Part shown: piece after piece, positions 51,891 to 62,131 of the stretch | How the letters are laid out: every line of letters starts with the position of its first letter | Position numbering within the stretch: the stretch's first letter is position 1 | Origin: an uncultured Candidatus Rokubacteria bacterium | Lineage (GTDB): Bacteria; Methylomirabilota; Methylomirabilia; Rokubacteriales; CSP1-6 | Direction of reading: 5' to 3' | NCBI GenBank assembly: GCA_963754315.1 | Contig: CAVWFS010000011.1 | Location: 209,857-273,856, forward strand | Length of the DNA: 64,000 nt | Made by a program: the position numbers and the translations under genes | Notes under the pieces: generated by a model | The model's input: only the letters and a program-made list of their open reading frames with translations | The model's database searches: none | What the model was told of the DNA's origin: nothing

Positions 51891-54473
51891 GTGAGAGCGC
51901 TTCACGTCTTCCCGTTCTTCGGCGCCGATCTCGTTCACGGCGGCGAGGCGCACGCGTACATGCTGTCCAAGAAGCTCGTCGAGCTGGGCGTCGAGGTCGA
52001 CGCGTTCGCCACGCTCTCCCGGGGGGCGCAGGCGACATCGGCGTTCTCCCTGGCGTTTCCGCGGGATTACGAGCTCCGGTTCGAGGAGTCGGACGGCATC
52101 GCCATCCACAGGTTCCCCGCGACCATGGCGCTGCCCCCGCAGGTCGGCCACATGCTCTCGCGCATCGTGTTCCGACGCTGGCGGAGCGAGGAGCGGCGGT
52201 ACGGCGCCATGATCGGCGGCTCGAGAAACCTGGTCGAGTCCTACTGCCATCGCGCCGCGGCCCGCCCGTCCCTCTACGATGCGATCTCTCTGCTCGGACG
52301 CGGCCCCCATTCGCTCGGACTGCTTGCCCGGCTGGTCCGGTCGATCCGCGCCTACGATGTCGTCCTGGTCGGCTTCATGCCGTTCGCCCTGATCTGGCAA
52401 GTCCTCACGGTGGCGAAGGCGTTCCGGAAGCCCGTCGTTCTCCTGGCGCTGTTTCACCCGGAGGATCTGTACCATCACTTCCGCGTGTACTACCGGTGCT
52501 TCGCCGACGCCGCCGCGATACTCGCGCAGACTGCATACAGCGCGGAGCTGTTCGCGCGGCTCGTTCCCGGGGCGCGACCGGTGCAGGTCGGGCCAGGCGT
52601 CGACGACGACGTGTTCAGCCAACCCGGCATCTCGGGACATCGCTTCCGCGCGAAGCACGGGTTGATGGGCCAGAAGGTCGTCCTGTACGTGGGCCGGAAG
52701 GAGCCGGCGAAGCGTTACGATCTCGCGGTGAAGGCCGTCGATCTGCTGCGCAACGACGACGTGAAGCTCGTGATGATCGGCGCGGATATCGACCAGCAAC
52801 CGATCGACTCGCCCCGCGTGCTGTACCTGGGCTCGATTGACCAAGAGGACCTGTTGGACGCCTACGACGCGTGCGACGTGTTCCTGCTGCCCTCGGAACA
52901 CGAGAGCTTCGGCATGGTATTCCTCGAGGCGTGGATGCGGAAGAAGCCGGTGATCGGCAACGGGTTTTGCCGCCCGGTCGCCTCGATGATCCGCGACGGG
53001 GAGGATGGCTTCGTCTGCGCGGGGGCCGCACCCATGGCGCGGGCGATCGCGCAGCTCCTCGCGAACCCTGCCCTGGCCCGTCGCATGGGCGAGGCCGGCT
53101 ACCGCCGGACGCGCGAACACCATACCTGGGACGCGGTCGCCAAGAAAGTCTACGACGTGTACCAGGAAGTCGCCCGGCCGGCCGGCGGTCGTCCGCGCAC
53201 CCGGACGTCACTGGCGGTCCGGCGCACCGACCGCCTGGACCCGGCCCCCGCTCCGGTGGCGTCGGGCGGGCCGGAGGGCGACGCGCCAACGCTCGTGGCC
53301 AACTCCCCGATGGTCACATCACCCGCGGTCGGGCACGAGCAAAGTTACAACGAGCGCGACGCCGTCCGGTTCCCCTTGAACATCGCCAGTCACGACATCG
53401 GGTTCCGGTACATGTTCGACTTCACGGTTGCGGGCCGGAGTCTCGATCTGCGACCCGGCGCCAGGGTCCTCGACTTCGCCGCGGGCTCGTGTTTCGTCTC
53501 GGAGTTGCTGAACCGGCTCGGATACATCACGACGGCGGTCGATGTCGATCCGTCCATCCTCCGACTGGGCCGCGAGCGCCTCGCCCTCGATCCGCGCTGT
53601 GCGCGCGATCGGAGCCGCTTCGTCGCGGGAGAGGGAATGTCGCTGCCATTCCGCGACGGCAGCTTCGACGGAATCATCTGCATGAACGCGCTCCACCACA
53701 TGGACGATTACCGCACGGCGTTGGCCGAGATGTACCGCATCCTGACGCCGGGTGGGCGCGTCGTGTTCTCGGAGCCCGGCAGCGAGCACTCGAAGGACCC
53801 GATGTCGATCAGCGCCATGCAACAGTATGGCGCCGTCGAGAAGGACGTCGTGCTCGCGGATATCCACGAGATCGCGATGGACGTCGGGTTTCGGCGGATG
53901 ATCTTGAAACCGTACGTCTACCCGGAGCACGTGGATCTCTGTTTCGAGGAGCTCGAGGCGTTTCGCCATCATGAAAAGGTCTCGACGGCGAATGTGGCGG
54001 CCGAGGAGGTGGCGGCCGTCATGGAGCGGAGTCATTGCGTGTTCTACCTGGAAAAGGGCGGCCGCCGAGCGCTGACGAGCGCCAGCGCCGGTCCGGAGCG
54101 ACTGCGCGCGCGCACCACCATCAAGCACTGTCCGGCGCGGGCTCGAGCGGGCGAGATCATCACGGCCACGGTCAGGAGTGAGAACGTCGGCGAGAGCATC
54201 TGGCTCGCTCAGCCGCGTCCGTTCGGCGGCTACGTGACGCTCGGGGTCAAGCTCCTGTCGCCCACCGGTCGCCTCGTCGATGACAACCGCGGGCGCACGA
54301 TGCTGCCGAATGACGTGTGGCCGGGCGACGCGGCCGACATCGTCTCGCACATCTCTCTCGAGGGAGTCGCCCGCGGGCAGTATCGGGTCGTGTTCGACAT
54401 GGTCAACGAGCAGGTGTGCTGGTTCGGCGACATGGGATCACCTGTCGCCGAGCAACTCCTGGAGATCGCGTGA
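51891..54473 (+). CDS. GT4 / SAM-methyltransferase / Ig-like fusion protein
   Basis: ESFGMVFLEAW; VLDFAAGSC, LPFRDGSFD, LHH, LTPGG; C-terminal ENVGE..W, PGD, FDMV..WF. Confidence 0.85.
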   Translation: MRALHVFPFFGADLVHGGEAHAYMLSKKLVELGVEVDAFATLSRGAQATSAFSLAFPRDYELRFEESDGIAIHRFPATMALPPQVGHMLSRIVFRRWRSEERRYGAMIGGSRNLVESYCHRAAARPSLYDAISLLGRGPHSLGLLARLVRSIRAYDVVLVGFMPFALIWQVLTVAKAFRKPVVLLALFHPEDLYHHFRVYYRCFADAAAILAQTAYSAELFARLVPGARPVQVGPGVDDDVFSQPGISGHRFRAKHGLMGQKVVLYVGRKEPAKRYDLAVKAVDLLRNDDVKLVMIGADIDQQPIDSPRVLYLGSIDQEDLLDAYDACDVFLLPSEHESFGMVFLEAWMRKKPVIGNGFCRPVASMIRDGEDGFVCAGAAPMARAIAQLLANPALARRMGEAGYRRTREHHTWDAVAKKVYDVYQEVARPAGGRPRTRTSLAVRRTDRLDPAPAPVASGGPEGDAPTLVANSPMVTSPAVGHEQSYNERDAVRFPLNIASHDIGFRYMFDFTVAGRSLDLRPGARVLDFAAGSCFVSELLNRLGYITTAVDVDPSILRLGRERLALDPRCARDRSRFVAGEGMSLPFRDGSFDGIICMNALHHMDDYRTALAEMYRILTPGGRVVFSEPGSEHSKDPMSISAMQQYGAVEKDVVLADIHEIAMDVGFRRMILKPYVYPEHVDLCFEELEAFRHHEKVSTANVAAEEVAAVMERSHCVFYLEKGGRRALTSASAGPERLRARTTIKHCPARARAGEIITATVRSENVGESIWLAQPRPFGGYVTLGVKLLSPTGRLVDDNRGRTMLPNDVWPGDAADIVSHISLEGVARGQYRVVFDMVNEQVCWFGDMGSPVAEQLLEIA

Positions 54474-54509
54474 CCGGAAGCGGTCGCACCACGCTCAGGC
54501 GGCCGGCAT

Positions 54510-56288
54510 CTATGCGCGCGCCGGCTTCGCCGCGCGGCCGATGATCGCGTAGTCCTGAAACCCGTACAGCAGCCGATTCAGCCGTTCCAGGCCCTCGTTG
54601 AACTGCTCGCGGTTGGCGGCGGGCGCGTCCAGCGGAGGCACCCAGGCCGCGGCACTTACCGGTGCCGAGAATCGGAGCTCGACGTCCTCGAATCCCGTCG
54701 TCTCGAACAGGAACTGCATCATGTCCGGATGCAGCGGTCGGATATGCGAGGGGTCCTTGTAGAAGGAATCCGCAAAGACCGTCAGGCACGTGGGGTTCGG
54801 CGTCTCCATCACGAGCACGCCGCCGGGCGACAGTTTCCGTTGACAGAGCTGCACGAGGCCGATCACGCGCTCCGGCGCCAGGTGTTCGATGATCTGGGCG
54901 GCAAAGATTCCGCCCACCGAATCGTCCGGCAATGCTGCTAGAAACGCCTCCCCATCGGCCGCGGTCACGTCGAACCCCTTTTCCCGGCACAGGAGCACCA
55001 TGTCCGTGTCGACGTCGACCCCGCGGGCGCTGAGGCCCGCCTCCCGCATCAGCTGAAGAAATTCGCCCCTTCCGCAACCGAGGTCGATCACCGGCTGCTT
55101 GTCCTGGAAACAGTCGAGATATGCCCGTTGGTGCTCCCGAACCTCCTCCTCGGATCCCCTGAATCGCTCCTCGAATCCCGCGTAGTCGAACTCGACCGCC
55201 ATCGCCGACCGATCGTGATCTGCCCGTTCCGAAAGCGGCGATGGCCCCACTCGCACAACCGGCGCCGTGCCCTCCGCTCCGGCCGTCAGGAGCCGGCGCA
55301 GCCGGCGCTCCGCGGCTGAGACGCGCTCCTGCAATGCCCGGCCGCGCTCCTGGGCGGCGTCCATGCTGCGCGAGTGAGCACCAAGCCGCCGATCGAGGTC
55401 GTCGCGCGCCGCCCCGAATTGCCGATCGGCGTCCGCGCGCACGACGTCCGTGGCCTCGCGCAGCTGCCGTTCCTGGTCGGCCATGGCTTCACGCAGCTGC
55501 CGTTCCTGGTCGGCCATGGCTTCACGCAGCTGCCGTTCCTGGTCGGCCGTTGCCTCGCGTAGCTGCCGTTCCTGGCCGGCCGTCGCTTCCGCGAGCGCCG
55601 CGTCCTGCCTCAGGATGTCCTCGCGGGTGCGGACGGAAACTTCCTCAACAGCGGTAAGCCGATCGTCGCGGGCGCGGATACCCTCCGCGAGTATCGCGAT
55701 CTGCCTGTCGACGACGTCGAGCCGACTCTCCATGACGTCGAGCCGGCGGGTCATTCCTTGGACCTGTGCCGCCAGCCCGTCTACCTGCGCTTGCACGCCG
55801 GCCACGCGAGCATCCACCCGAGCGACCTGAGGAGCGAAGCGGGAGACGGCAACCTCGACGCTCGTGATCTGGACGTCGTGGCCGTTGAGCTTGCGCGCCA
55901 GGTGATTGATCCGCGCCTCGATCGCCTCGGCCGCTTCACCGCGCCGTCGCTCCAGGGCGGCGATCCAGTCCCGCGTATCCGCGATGACCCGCACGACGGC
56001 GGCGTTACAGGCGACCTGCCGGTCGAGAATGGGCGTCAGGAGTTGACGAATCGCCCGCTTGAGTCCGATCACGACCTTCCCGAAGACGCGGCGATGCGAG
56101 ACGAGGGCGAACTGCCGCACGTCGTAGCCCGACGTCAGGAAGTCGAGGTCGGCCGTCGCCTGGCTGTGTTGCGTAGAGTCGTCGCGACTCTCAGCCGTGC
56201 CGCCGTCCGCCGGCGCCCGCCCGCGCCGGAGATTGTCCCGAATGCGTTCCATGATCTCCTCGACATCGACGTAGCGCCGCTCGGACAT
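54510..56288 (-). CDS. Long coiled-coil + SAM-methyltransferase (glycan chain terminator-like)
   Basis: VDVEEIMERIR..SHR..KRAIR N-terminus, coiled coil, FEERFRGS, DLGCGRGE, IIEHL, ETPNP, DPSH, QDYA. Confidence 0.85.
   Translation of the reverse strand: MSERRYVDVEEIMERIRDNLRRGRAPADGGTAESRDDSTQHSQATADLDFLTSGYDVRQFALVSHRRVFGKVVIGLKRAIRQLLTPILDRQVACNAAVVRVIADTRDWIAALERRRGEAAEAIEARINHLARKLNGHDVQITSVEVAVSRFAPQVARVDARVAGVQAQVDGLAAQVQGMTRRLDVMESRLDVVDRQIAILAEGIRARDDRLTAVEEVSVRTREDILRQDAALAEATAGQERQLREATADQERQLREAMADQERQLREAMADQERQLREATDVVRADADRQFGAARDDLDRRLGAHSRSMDAAQERGRALQERVSAAERRLRRLLTAGAEGTAPVVRVGPSPLSERADHDRSAMAVEFDYAGFEERFRGSEEEVREHQRAYLDCFQDKQPVIDLGCGRGEFLQLMREAGLSARGVDVDTDMVLLCREKGFDVTAADGEAFLAALPDDSVGGIFAAQIIEHLAPERVIGLVQLCQRKLSPGGVLVMETPNPTCLTVFADSFYKDPSHIRPLHPDMMQFLFETTGFEDVELRFSAPVSAAAWVPPLDAPAANREQFNEGLERLNRLLYGFQDYAIIGRAAKPARA
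55459..55590. repeat. 4 x 33-bp tandem repeat (11-aa EAxADQERQLR)
   Basis: Units start at 55459, 55492, 55525 and 55558; the first two are identical. Confidence 0.92.
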
Positions 56289-56530
56289 TCGCGGATGTTC
56301 TCCTGTTTCGATTGGCGATGGCATCGCTGGCGACTCGCCTCAGCTCCATCAGATCGACCTACGGACGGGGTAGGAACTGGGCGGCGAGCCTTCCCTGGCG
56401 ATGGTCTAGAAGTGCACGCATCGGGCGCCGAGGCATCGGCTGGCCGGCCGCCGAGGCGCTCGCGTCAGCTTCCGGAAGTAGCCCGGAGTGGTCCGCCGCC
56501 CCTTCGACGACCAGCCGGTGTCAGCTGAAA

Positions 56531-56608
56531 TGGCGCCCCCCAAGAGGAATCGACCCTCTGACCTTCGGATTCGTAGTCCGACGCTCTATCCATCTGAGCT
56601 AAGGGCGC
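56531..56608 (-). tRNA. tRNA-Arg(ACG) with irregular T-loop and acceptor stem
   Basis: GCGCCCTTAGCTCAGATGGATAGAGCGTCGGACTACGAATCCGAAGGTCAGAGGGTCGATTCCTCTTGGGGGGCGCCA. Confidence 0.85.
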
Positions 56609-56735
56609 ATCCGGACTGACCGACTACAACATCGGCGATTGTAGCATTTTGTGCTGAGCGTGTGCTGTGATCCTCCAGGGACGCGACGGCATCGCGCAGC
56701 CGGTCGGGGCTCAGGTGCGCGTACCGGAGCGTCAT
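56586..56735 (-). mobile_element. Tyrosine integrase C-terminal fragment
   Basis: MTLRYAHLSPDRLRDAV (catalytic Tyr motif); the frame runs into the tRNA 5' end. Confidence 0.8.
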
Positions 56736-56808
56736 GCTCGCCGGCCCGCGCGGAGCGCTCCTGGCCGACACGCGTGTGCAGCGCGCGTATCTTGGCGCGT
56801 GAACCGCG

Positions 56809-56930
56809 CTAGAAAAGACGGGGGCGGACGGCCTTCGCGCCGTCGCCGAGCGCGCGAAGCTTCGCGAAGGCGGTGTCGCGCGGCAAGTATTTCATCCCGC
56901 AGTCGGGCGCCAGGATGAGGTGATCCGGCG
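56809..56930 (-). pseudogene. C-terminal fragment of a MetE-like (methionine synthase II family) protein
   Basis: Hand translation DHLILAPDCGMKYLPRDTAFAKLRAL. Confidence 0.7.
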
Positions 56931-57136
56931 ATGCCGAGCCGCTCCGCGGCCTGCATCTTGACGAGGGCGGCCCTATCAAGGCATTTCCTCAAACGAAGCG
57001 TCCTATCGAGTGCCCTGAGAAACCAGCGGGCGGTACACTTGTGCGACCTGAGGATTACGACGGCAATGAACGAGATACCAGCAAATGGGGAAGGAGGGAT
57101 GTCGGAGGTGTTTCCAACGGAGAGGGAGGCGAGGGA

Positions 57137-57416
57137 TGTGGAAGAGCACGACGATGGCGCCTACACCGTCTTCGTGCCCTCGGTCCCGACCCCGGCAGCT
57201 GGGGCGATCTACATCCTTCCCCGAGAGCGCGTGCACCAGGTCGACGTCTCGTTCGCCAGGGCGGCGGCGGTGATCACCAAGTGGGGTGCGGGAACACGGG
57301 ACCTGCGTGCGGCAATGAGGATGGCAGGCAGTGCGGATTCCGGGCCGGCAGGCGGAGTATCCCAGGCAACACCAAGAATTACTGGCACCTCCGACAGCGA
57401 GGCGCCGATCGCGTGA
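57137..57416 (+). pseudogene. DUF502-like C-terminal fragment
   Basis: VEEHDDGAYTVFVPSVPTPAAGAIYI..WGAG. Confidence 0.7.
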
Positions 57417-57440
57417 TGACGCAAGCGGCGCGGCCGCGCT

Positions 57441-57897
57441 GATGGCGGCGACCGCTCCGGGCCCGTCGGCGCGGCGCCGTCTCGACGGCGCCGTGCGACG
57501 CATTGCGGGGCTCTCGGCGATCCTGTGCGCGTTGGCCGGCTTCGGGCACGCCCCCGTCGGCTCCAGGATCCTGTTCGCCCGCGATACCCCGGTGCCGCGG
57601 TCGGTGCAGGCGTTCGCGTGGCGAGTAATCGAGACGCGCTGCAACTACCAGGCGTACGAGCGCGAGCAACGCTCGTTCTGGGCCTATCACGCGCGGGTGA
57701 GCAGCGCCGACGGCGGTGACGTGTATTCGATCAGCGTCGTCTCCGACCTGACGTGGAAGAAGACAGATCCTCCTGCCATCATCGAGATGGTCGTCGTTGA
57801 CGACGGGGGCCTGCGCCTCGGGGCGCTCCGGTCGTCGTTCGTTGTCTGCGCATGGCCGGGCAACGAACAGAGGGCCGCTCCGACGAACGGCGAGTGA
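57441..57897 (+). CDS. Hypothetical exported protein
   Basis: Hydrophobic segment followed by a compact two-Cys domain. Confidence 0.5.
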
Positions 57898-58082
57898 CGG
57901 AAGTCAGCCGGTGCGCATTGGGGCGTGCCGGTCTTCGTCGCGGCCCCGCGGGACGCCGACGCGAGACGCTACCAGACGCCAGGGATGAGACGGCTGCGAA
58001 CCGCGGCGGCGTAGGCTGGCCACTGTGCATGTCGTAACGAGCAGCAGGGAGCCGGCGTTCCACTCCTCCAGGTTGGCCCGGA

Positions 58083-58556
58083 TCACTTCATCAGATAGCC
58101 TCGTCCCTGCATGCAGGTGATCAGGGCCTTGTCAAAGGCGCCCTGGCCTTGCGCGGCCGCCGCCTGCCTGCTGCTGGGCTTGCGCCGCCTGCTCGCGGCC
58201 CGCCTGGCGCTTCTTCATCCCGCCCGCGGCGGTGCCGGCCGCGGCTCCGGCTGCGGCCCCCTTGCCGGCATCACCACCTATGGCACCAGCGGCCGCACCC
58301 ACGGCGGCCCCGCGCGCCGCGCCCTTCACGCGTTCTCCGCCGGCCGCCGGCTGAGACGGAGTGGCGGCCGCCTGCGCCCTGGCCGGGTCAAATCCGATTG
58401 CTGCAGGGCGATCGCCTGGCACTCTGCGCCGTCCTAGGCCTGCTGCTCCGCGCTCTGCCCCTTCGACGGCGCGAAGGTCAGACCCTGTGCCTGAGTCGTG
58501 GATGCGATCGCGGTCAGCGTGAACACCGTGGTCAGAGCGAGCGTCATCTGCTTCAT
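58083..58556 (-). pseudogene. Glycine-zipper exported protein with internal stop and frameshifts
   Basis: Signal peptide, PSKGQSAEQQA*DGAEC, GAARGAAVGAAAGAIGG, CMQGRGY. Confidence 0.75.
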
Positions 58557-58636
58557 TGGTCGTCGCCTCGGTGCGTGCCCGCGCTCGATTGCTCCCTGCG
58601 AAGTTGCTGACTCGGGTGCGCGACGATTTGCGTGGC

Positions 58637-59860
58637 TCAGAAACGAAACGACAATCCGGCGGCGACGATCTGGATATCGTTGAAGTTGAAGCCGTACTCG
58701 AAGAACGCCTCCCAGCGCCGGAACAGCGTGACGTTTCCGCCGACGAGGGCGTTCAATGGATGGAGCGGCCCCTGAACGGCCGAGAACGTGACCGAGCCCA
58801 CGTCCGGCACCTCCACAGTCGCCTTCGCAGTGCCCTTGGTTCCCCAGTACGATCCCCCCACCCACAGACGGAGGGGGATGTCCAGGACCTTGCCGTTCCA
58901 GCCACTGCGGACCGTGCCTATCAGGGCGCGGAACGGGTCGTCGAAGCCGATGTCGGTCTGGCTGAAGTTGAAATCGGCGAGGATGAAAAAGTCTCGCCAA
59001 CCAGCCGCCGCGGTGAGGCCGACCCCACCAACAAAACCTCCCAGCTCGGTCGTCTTGGTAAGCTTGAATGTCCTGGGATCGCCCCTCTCCGTCAACGGGG
59101 GAATCGTCACGATGCCCCGCGTGGTGGTGTTGTTGGACACGTAGCCGGCCATCGCGTACGCATTGAGAAAGGGCAGCAGCCACGCATCGAACCGGGCCAC
59201 TGCCACGCTCACGTGGCTCGTCGACCCGAGGTTCACGAAGTTGCTCACGTCCCGCAGTGGCGCGCCGTTGACGCCGAGGCTCACACTGCTTATCTTGATG
59301 TCCCGCTGGACATAGGTGTAGACCATGGACACACCGCGGGGCAGGGGCAATGTGTAGCCTTGCTTGATGACCCGGTCCGCCAGGAATGGAAGGGCGTACG
59401 GCCAGCGAGCTACCGGGCTGGGTTCGGCACCTTCGAAGGGGATAGGCGCCTCTTCCGAAGGCTCCGACGACCCCGTCTGTGCGTACGGCCGCTGCCAGGC
59501 ACCACCGACAGCGGCATGCGCCTCTCCTCCGGCAGCCAACCGCGGCGCCGCCAGCGAATATGGCCACTGCCCTGCGTCCTTGACAGCGGCACCTGCGACA
59601 GCGAAAGGCGCCTCTTCCAACGGCGCCACCAGCGCGAACGGCCAGTGCCCTGCGTCCTTGCCCGCACCTGCGACGGCGAAAGGCGCCTCTTCCAACGGCG
59701 CCACCAGCGCGAACGGCCAGTGCCCTGCGTCCTTGGCGCCCGCAACCGCGACGGCGAAAGGCGCCTCCTCCGCGGCCGCCAACGGCGGCATCATGAGCAG
59801 CGTGAGGAGCAATCCGATCCAGGGACGCACGCGACACCCCCTGGCACAGCCTTGTCGCAT
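58637..59860 (-). CDS. Outer-membrane beta-barrel-like protein with N-terminal tandem repeats
   Basis: Signal peptide, 3 x EEAPFAVA..KDAGxWP, amphipathic strands, C-terminal LSFRF. Confidence 0.75.
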   Translation of the reverse strand: MRQGCARGCRVRPWIGLLLTLLMMPPLAAAEEAPFAVAVAGAKDAGHWPFALVAPLEEAPFAVAGAGKDAGHWPFALVAPLEEAPFAVAGAAVKDAGQWPYSLAAPRLAAGGEAHAAVGGAWQRPYAQTGSSEPSEEAPIPFEGAEPSPVARWPYALPFLADRVIKQGYTLPLPRGVSMVYTYVQRDIKISSVSLGVNGAPLRDVSNFVNLGSTSHVSVAVARFDAWLLPFLNAYAMAGYVSNNTTTRGIVTIPPLTERGDPRTFKLTKTTELGGFVGGVGLTAAAGWRDFFILADFNFSQTDIGFDDPFRALIGTVRSGWNGKVLDIPLRLWVGGSYWGTKGTAKATVEVPDVGSVTFSAVQGPLHPLNALVGGNVTLFRRWEAFFEYGFNFNDIQIVAAGLSFRF

Positions 59861-59980
59861 GCGTTGCCTCCTCGTGCGTTGACTACGCGTTCTCGATGGC
59901 CATCTGCGCCGCTGCCGACGGTGCCCACAGGATCAGAGCCATCAGGAGCGCGTGACTGGTTCGACACGTGTTCGTCTACG

Positions 59981-60526
59981 TCACCTGAAATCCGCCTCGT
60001 TGAAGTGGAGCTTGAACCCTCGCACTCGCGGATCGATCTCGATCTGTCGCCTCCAGGTCACCTTGGGCAATGAGCCCGGCGCCGCACCCGTCGGACGCGC
60101 CACCAAAAGGTGTTGCCCAGGCCGGAAGGCAATCCGGAAGCTGGAGGCCGGCGCGAGGAAGGTGAGCGGTGGCGCACCCGGCGCGTCAGGATCCTGGTTC
60201 AGGTAGATCACGATCGTCCACGGCGCCCCGTTGACGAGAGTGCCCACAGCTACGGATTGCCCGCCCGCAGGATCGGGTATCGAGGCTGATACGACCTGCA
60301 CTCCCGGCGGAGGTGGGCAGCCCGGAGAGCCTTGATAGGCCTGGCGTATCTCCTCCTGCTGGATGGTCACCTCGGAGAGGCCGAGGGTGGCCACACCCAG
60401 GAAGAAACGCCCGAAGTACTTGCCGTCGCGGTCCGCGATTGTGTCGCACGGCTGGATGGCCAGGCTGGCGCAGCCAGCGAGCGTCACGAGCGCCGAGAGC
60501 GACGTGATCCAGGAGAGGAAGCGCAT
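59981..60526 (-). CDS. Lipoprotein of unknown function (copy 2)
   Basis: LAGC lipobox; paralog of 40273-40833. Confidence 0.75.
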   Translation of the reverse strand: MRFLSWITSLSALVTLAGCASLAIQPCDTIADRDGKYFGRFFLGVATLGLSEVTIQQEEIRQAYQGSPGCPPPPGVQVVSASIPDPAGGQSVAVGTLVNGAPWTIVIYLNQDPDAPGAPPLTFLAPASSFRIAFRPGQHLLVARPTGAAPGSLPKVTWRRQIEIDPRVRGFKLHFNEADFR

Positions 60527-60835
60527 TCTCGGTCCCCTCTTTCTGAGCCGGGAGCATACCAGATCGGAGACTCAACGTTGGCGTTGAACCCCGGCGCCGC
60601 GTACGTCGCCTTCATGGTCTGCCTCAGCTTGTCGGATTGGCCGTTCACTCCGTAGTCCAGCGCGAACGGTACCACCGCCGTCCCGGTCTTCGTCTGCGCC
60701 ACCGTCAGCGCCCCCGCGATGGCGATTCCCCTGATCTGGCCCTGCGTCTCGTGCTCCTCCTGGCCAAATGCGTCGCGGCAAAGCTCTTGCTGACGGCAGA
60801 ACCGGTCTGACCGACGATGAACTTCGCGAACCCGC

Positions 60836-62022
60836 TCATGCCTTCACCCAGTGCTCGACCGGCCGCAACAGGAACTCCTCAACCGGGATTCCGTCACCTC
60901 CCACGAGAAGCGTGCGCACAGGCTTGAATGCTTCCGCAAAGGCGGCGAGTCCCGGGTGCGCTTCGGGCGCACGCCCGCTCTTCACCTCGATGGCCGTGAC
61001 GACCCGCCCGGCTTTGGCCACGAAGTCCACTTCCCGGTTGCGGTCACGCCAGTAGAACAGCTCGCACACGCCGGCCGCCGCGGCATTCGCCAGATGCGCA
61101 CCCACCGCCGACTCGACGGGCGGCCCCAGAACTCGCGGTCCCCTCGCGCCCCATCCAGAGTGAGACCGGATTGGGCGGTAACGAGCGCGGTGTTGAGCAC
61201 CTGCAGCTTGGGGCTCGAGCCGCGCTGTCGCGCCGCCTGGCGAGCATACTTGGCCAGCCCAGTGAGCATCCCGGCGGCGCTCAGGAGATCCAGGTAGTGC
61301 GCGAGCGTCGTCGTGTTCCCCGCGTCCTGGAGCTGGCCGAGCATCTTGGTGTAGGACAGCACCTGGCCGGAGTAGCGGCAACCGAGCTCGAACAGGCGAC
61401 GCAGCAATGCCGGCTTGTCCACGCGCGTCAAGAGGAGGACGTCGCGCGCGATGGTGGTCTCGATGAGCGCATCGCGGACGTAGCGCGCCCAGCGGTCGCT
61501 GTCCGCCGTGAGCGGTGCGGCTCCGGGATAGCCGCCGTAGAAGATGAAGCGCTCCACCGGCCAGTCGAACGCGGTGCGCATCTCCGCCGCCGACCAGTGT
61601 GGCAGGTGAAGAATTTCGAAGCGGCCGGCGAGACTTTCCGACAGCCCGCGCTGGATGAGGAGCGGCGCCGAGCCCAGCAGCACGACCTTGAGCGGGCGCC
61701 TCTTGCGCGTATCCTCGTCCCAGAGGCGCTTGACGGACCCGGACCAGCCGGCGGCCTTCTGGACCTCGTCCAGGACGAGGAGGGTGTCGCCGGGGCCGGC
61801 CATGAGGCGGGCGGCTTCCCACTGCTGCGCGATCCACTCGGGGCCGCGCAAGGTGGGCTCGTCAGCGCTGGCAAACTGAACCGGTCGTCCGCTGGCCTCG
61901 GCCACCTGCTGCACCAGCGTGGTCTTGCCAACCTGACGCGGGCCGGCCACGACCTGGATGAAGCGGCGTGGCTCCGCCAGGCGCCGGGCGAGCACGGCGG
62001 CGTAAGGCCGCTGGTACGTCAT
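60836..62022 (-). CDS. AAA ATPase with DUF4143-type C-terminal domain (frameshift near 61110)
   Basis: GPRQVGKTT, LDEVQ, GSA, SLAGR, GGYP; YWRDRNREVDFV..IEVKS in the next frame. Confidence 0.88.
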
Positions 62023-62035
62023 CGGGGTCGTTTTA

Positions 62036-62071
62036 CTCATGGTATTGAGTAATTTTACTCAATACCATGAG
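62036..62071. repeat. Perfect 17-bp inverted repeat with 2-nt spacer
   Basis: CTCATGGTATTGAGTAA-TT-TTACTCAATACCATGAG. Confidence 0.92.
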
Positions 62072-62131
62072 CAAATCAATTCCGCGGTCGCATCTTGGGG
62101 AGCGGCCAATTGAAAGGTTGGGCGGCGCGCC

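Noticed and set aside
55459..55590. CRISPR array
   Set aside because: Repeats are contiguous with no spacers and lie in frame within a CDS; no cas genes.
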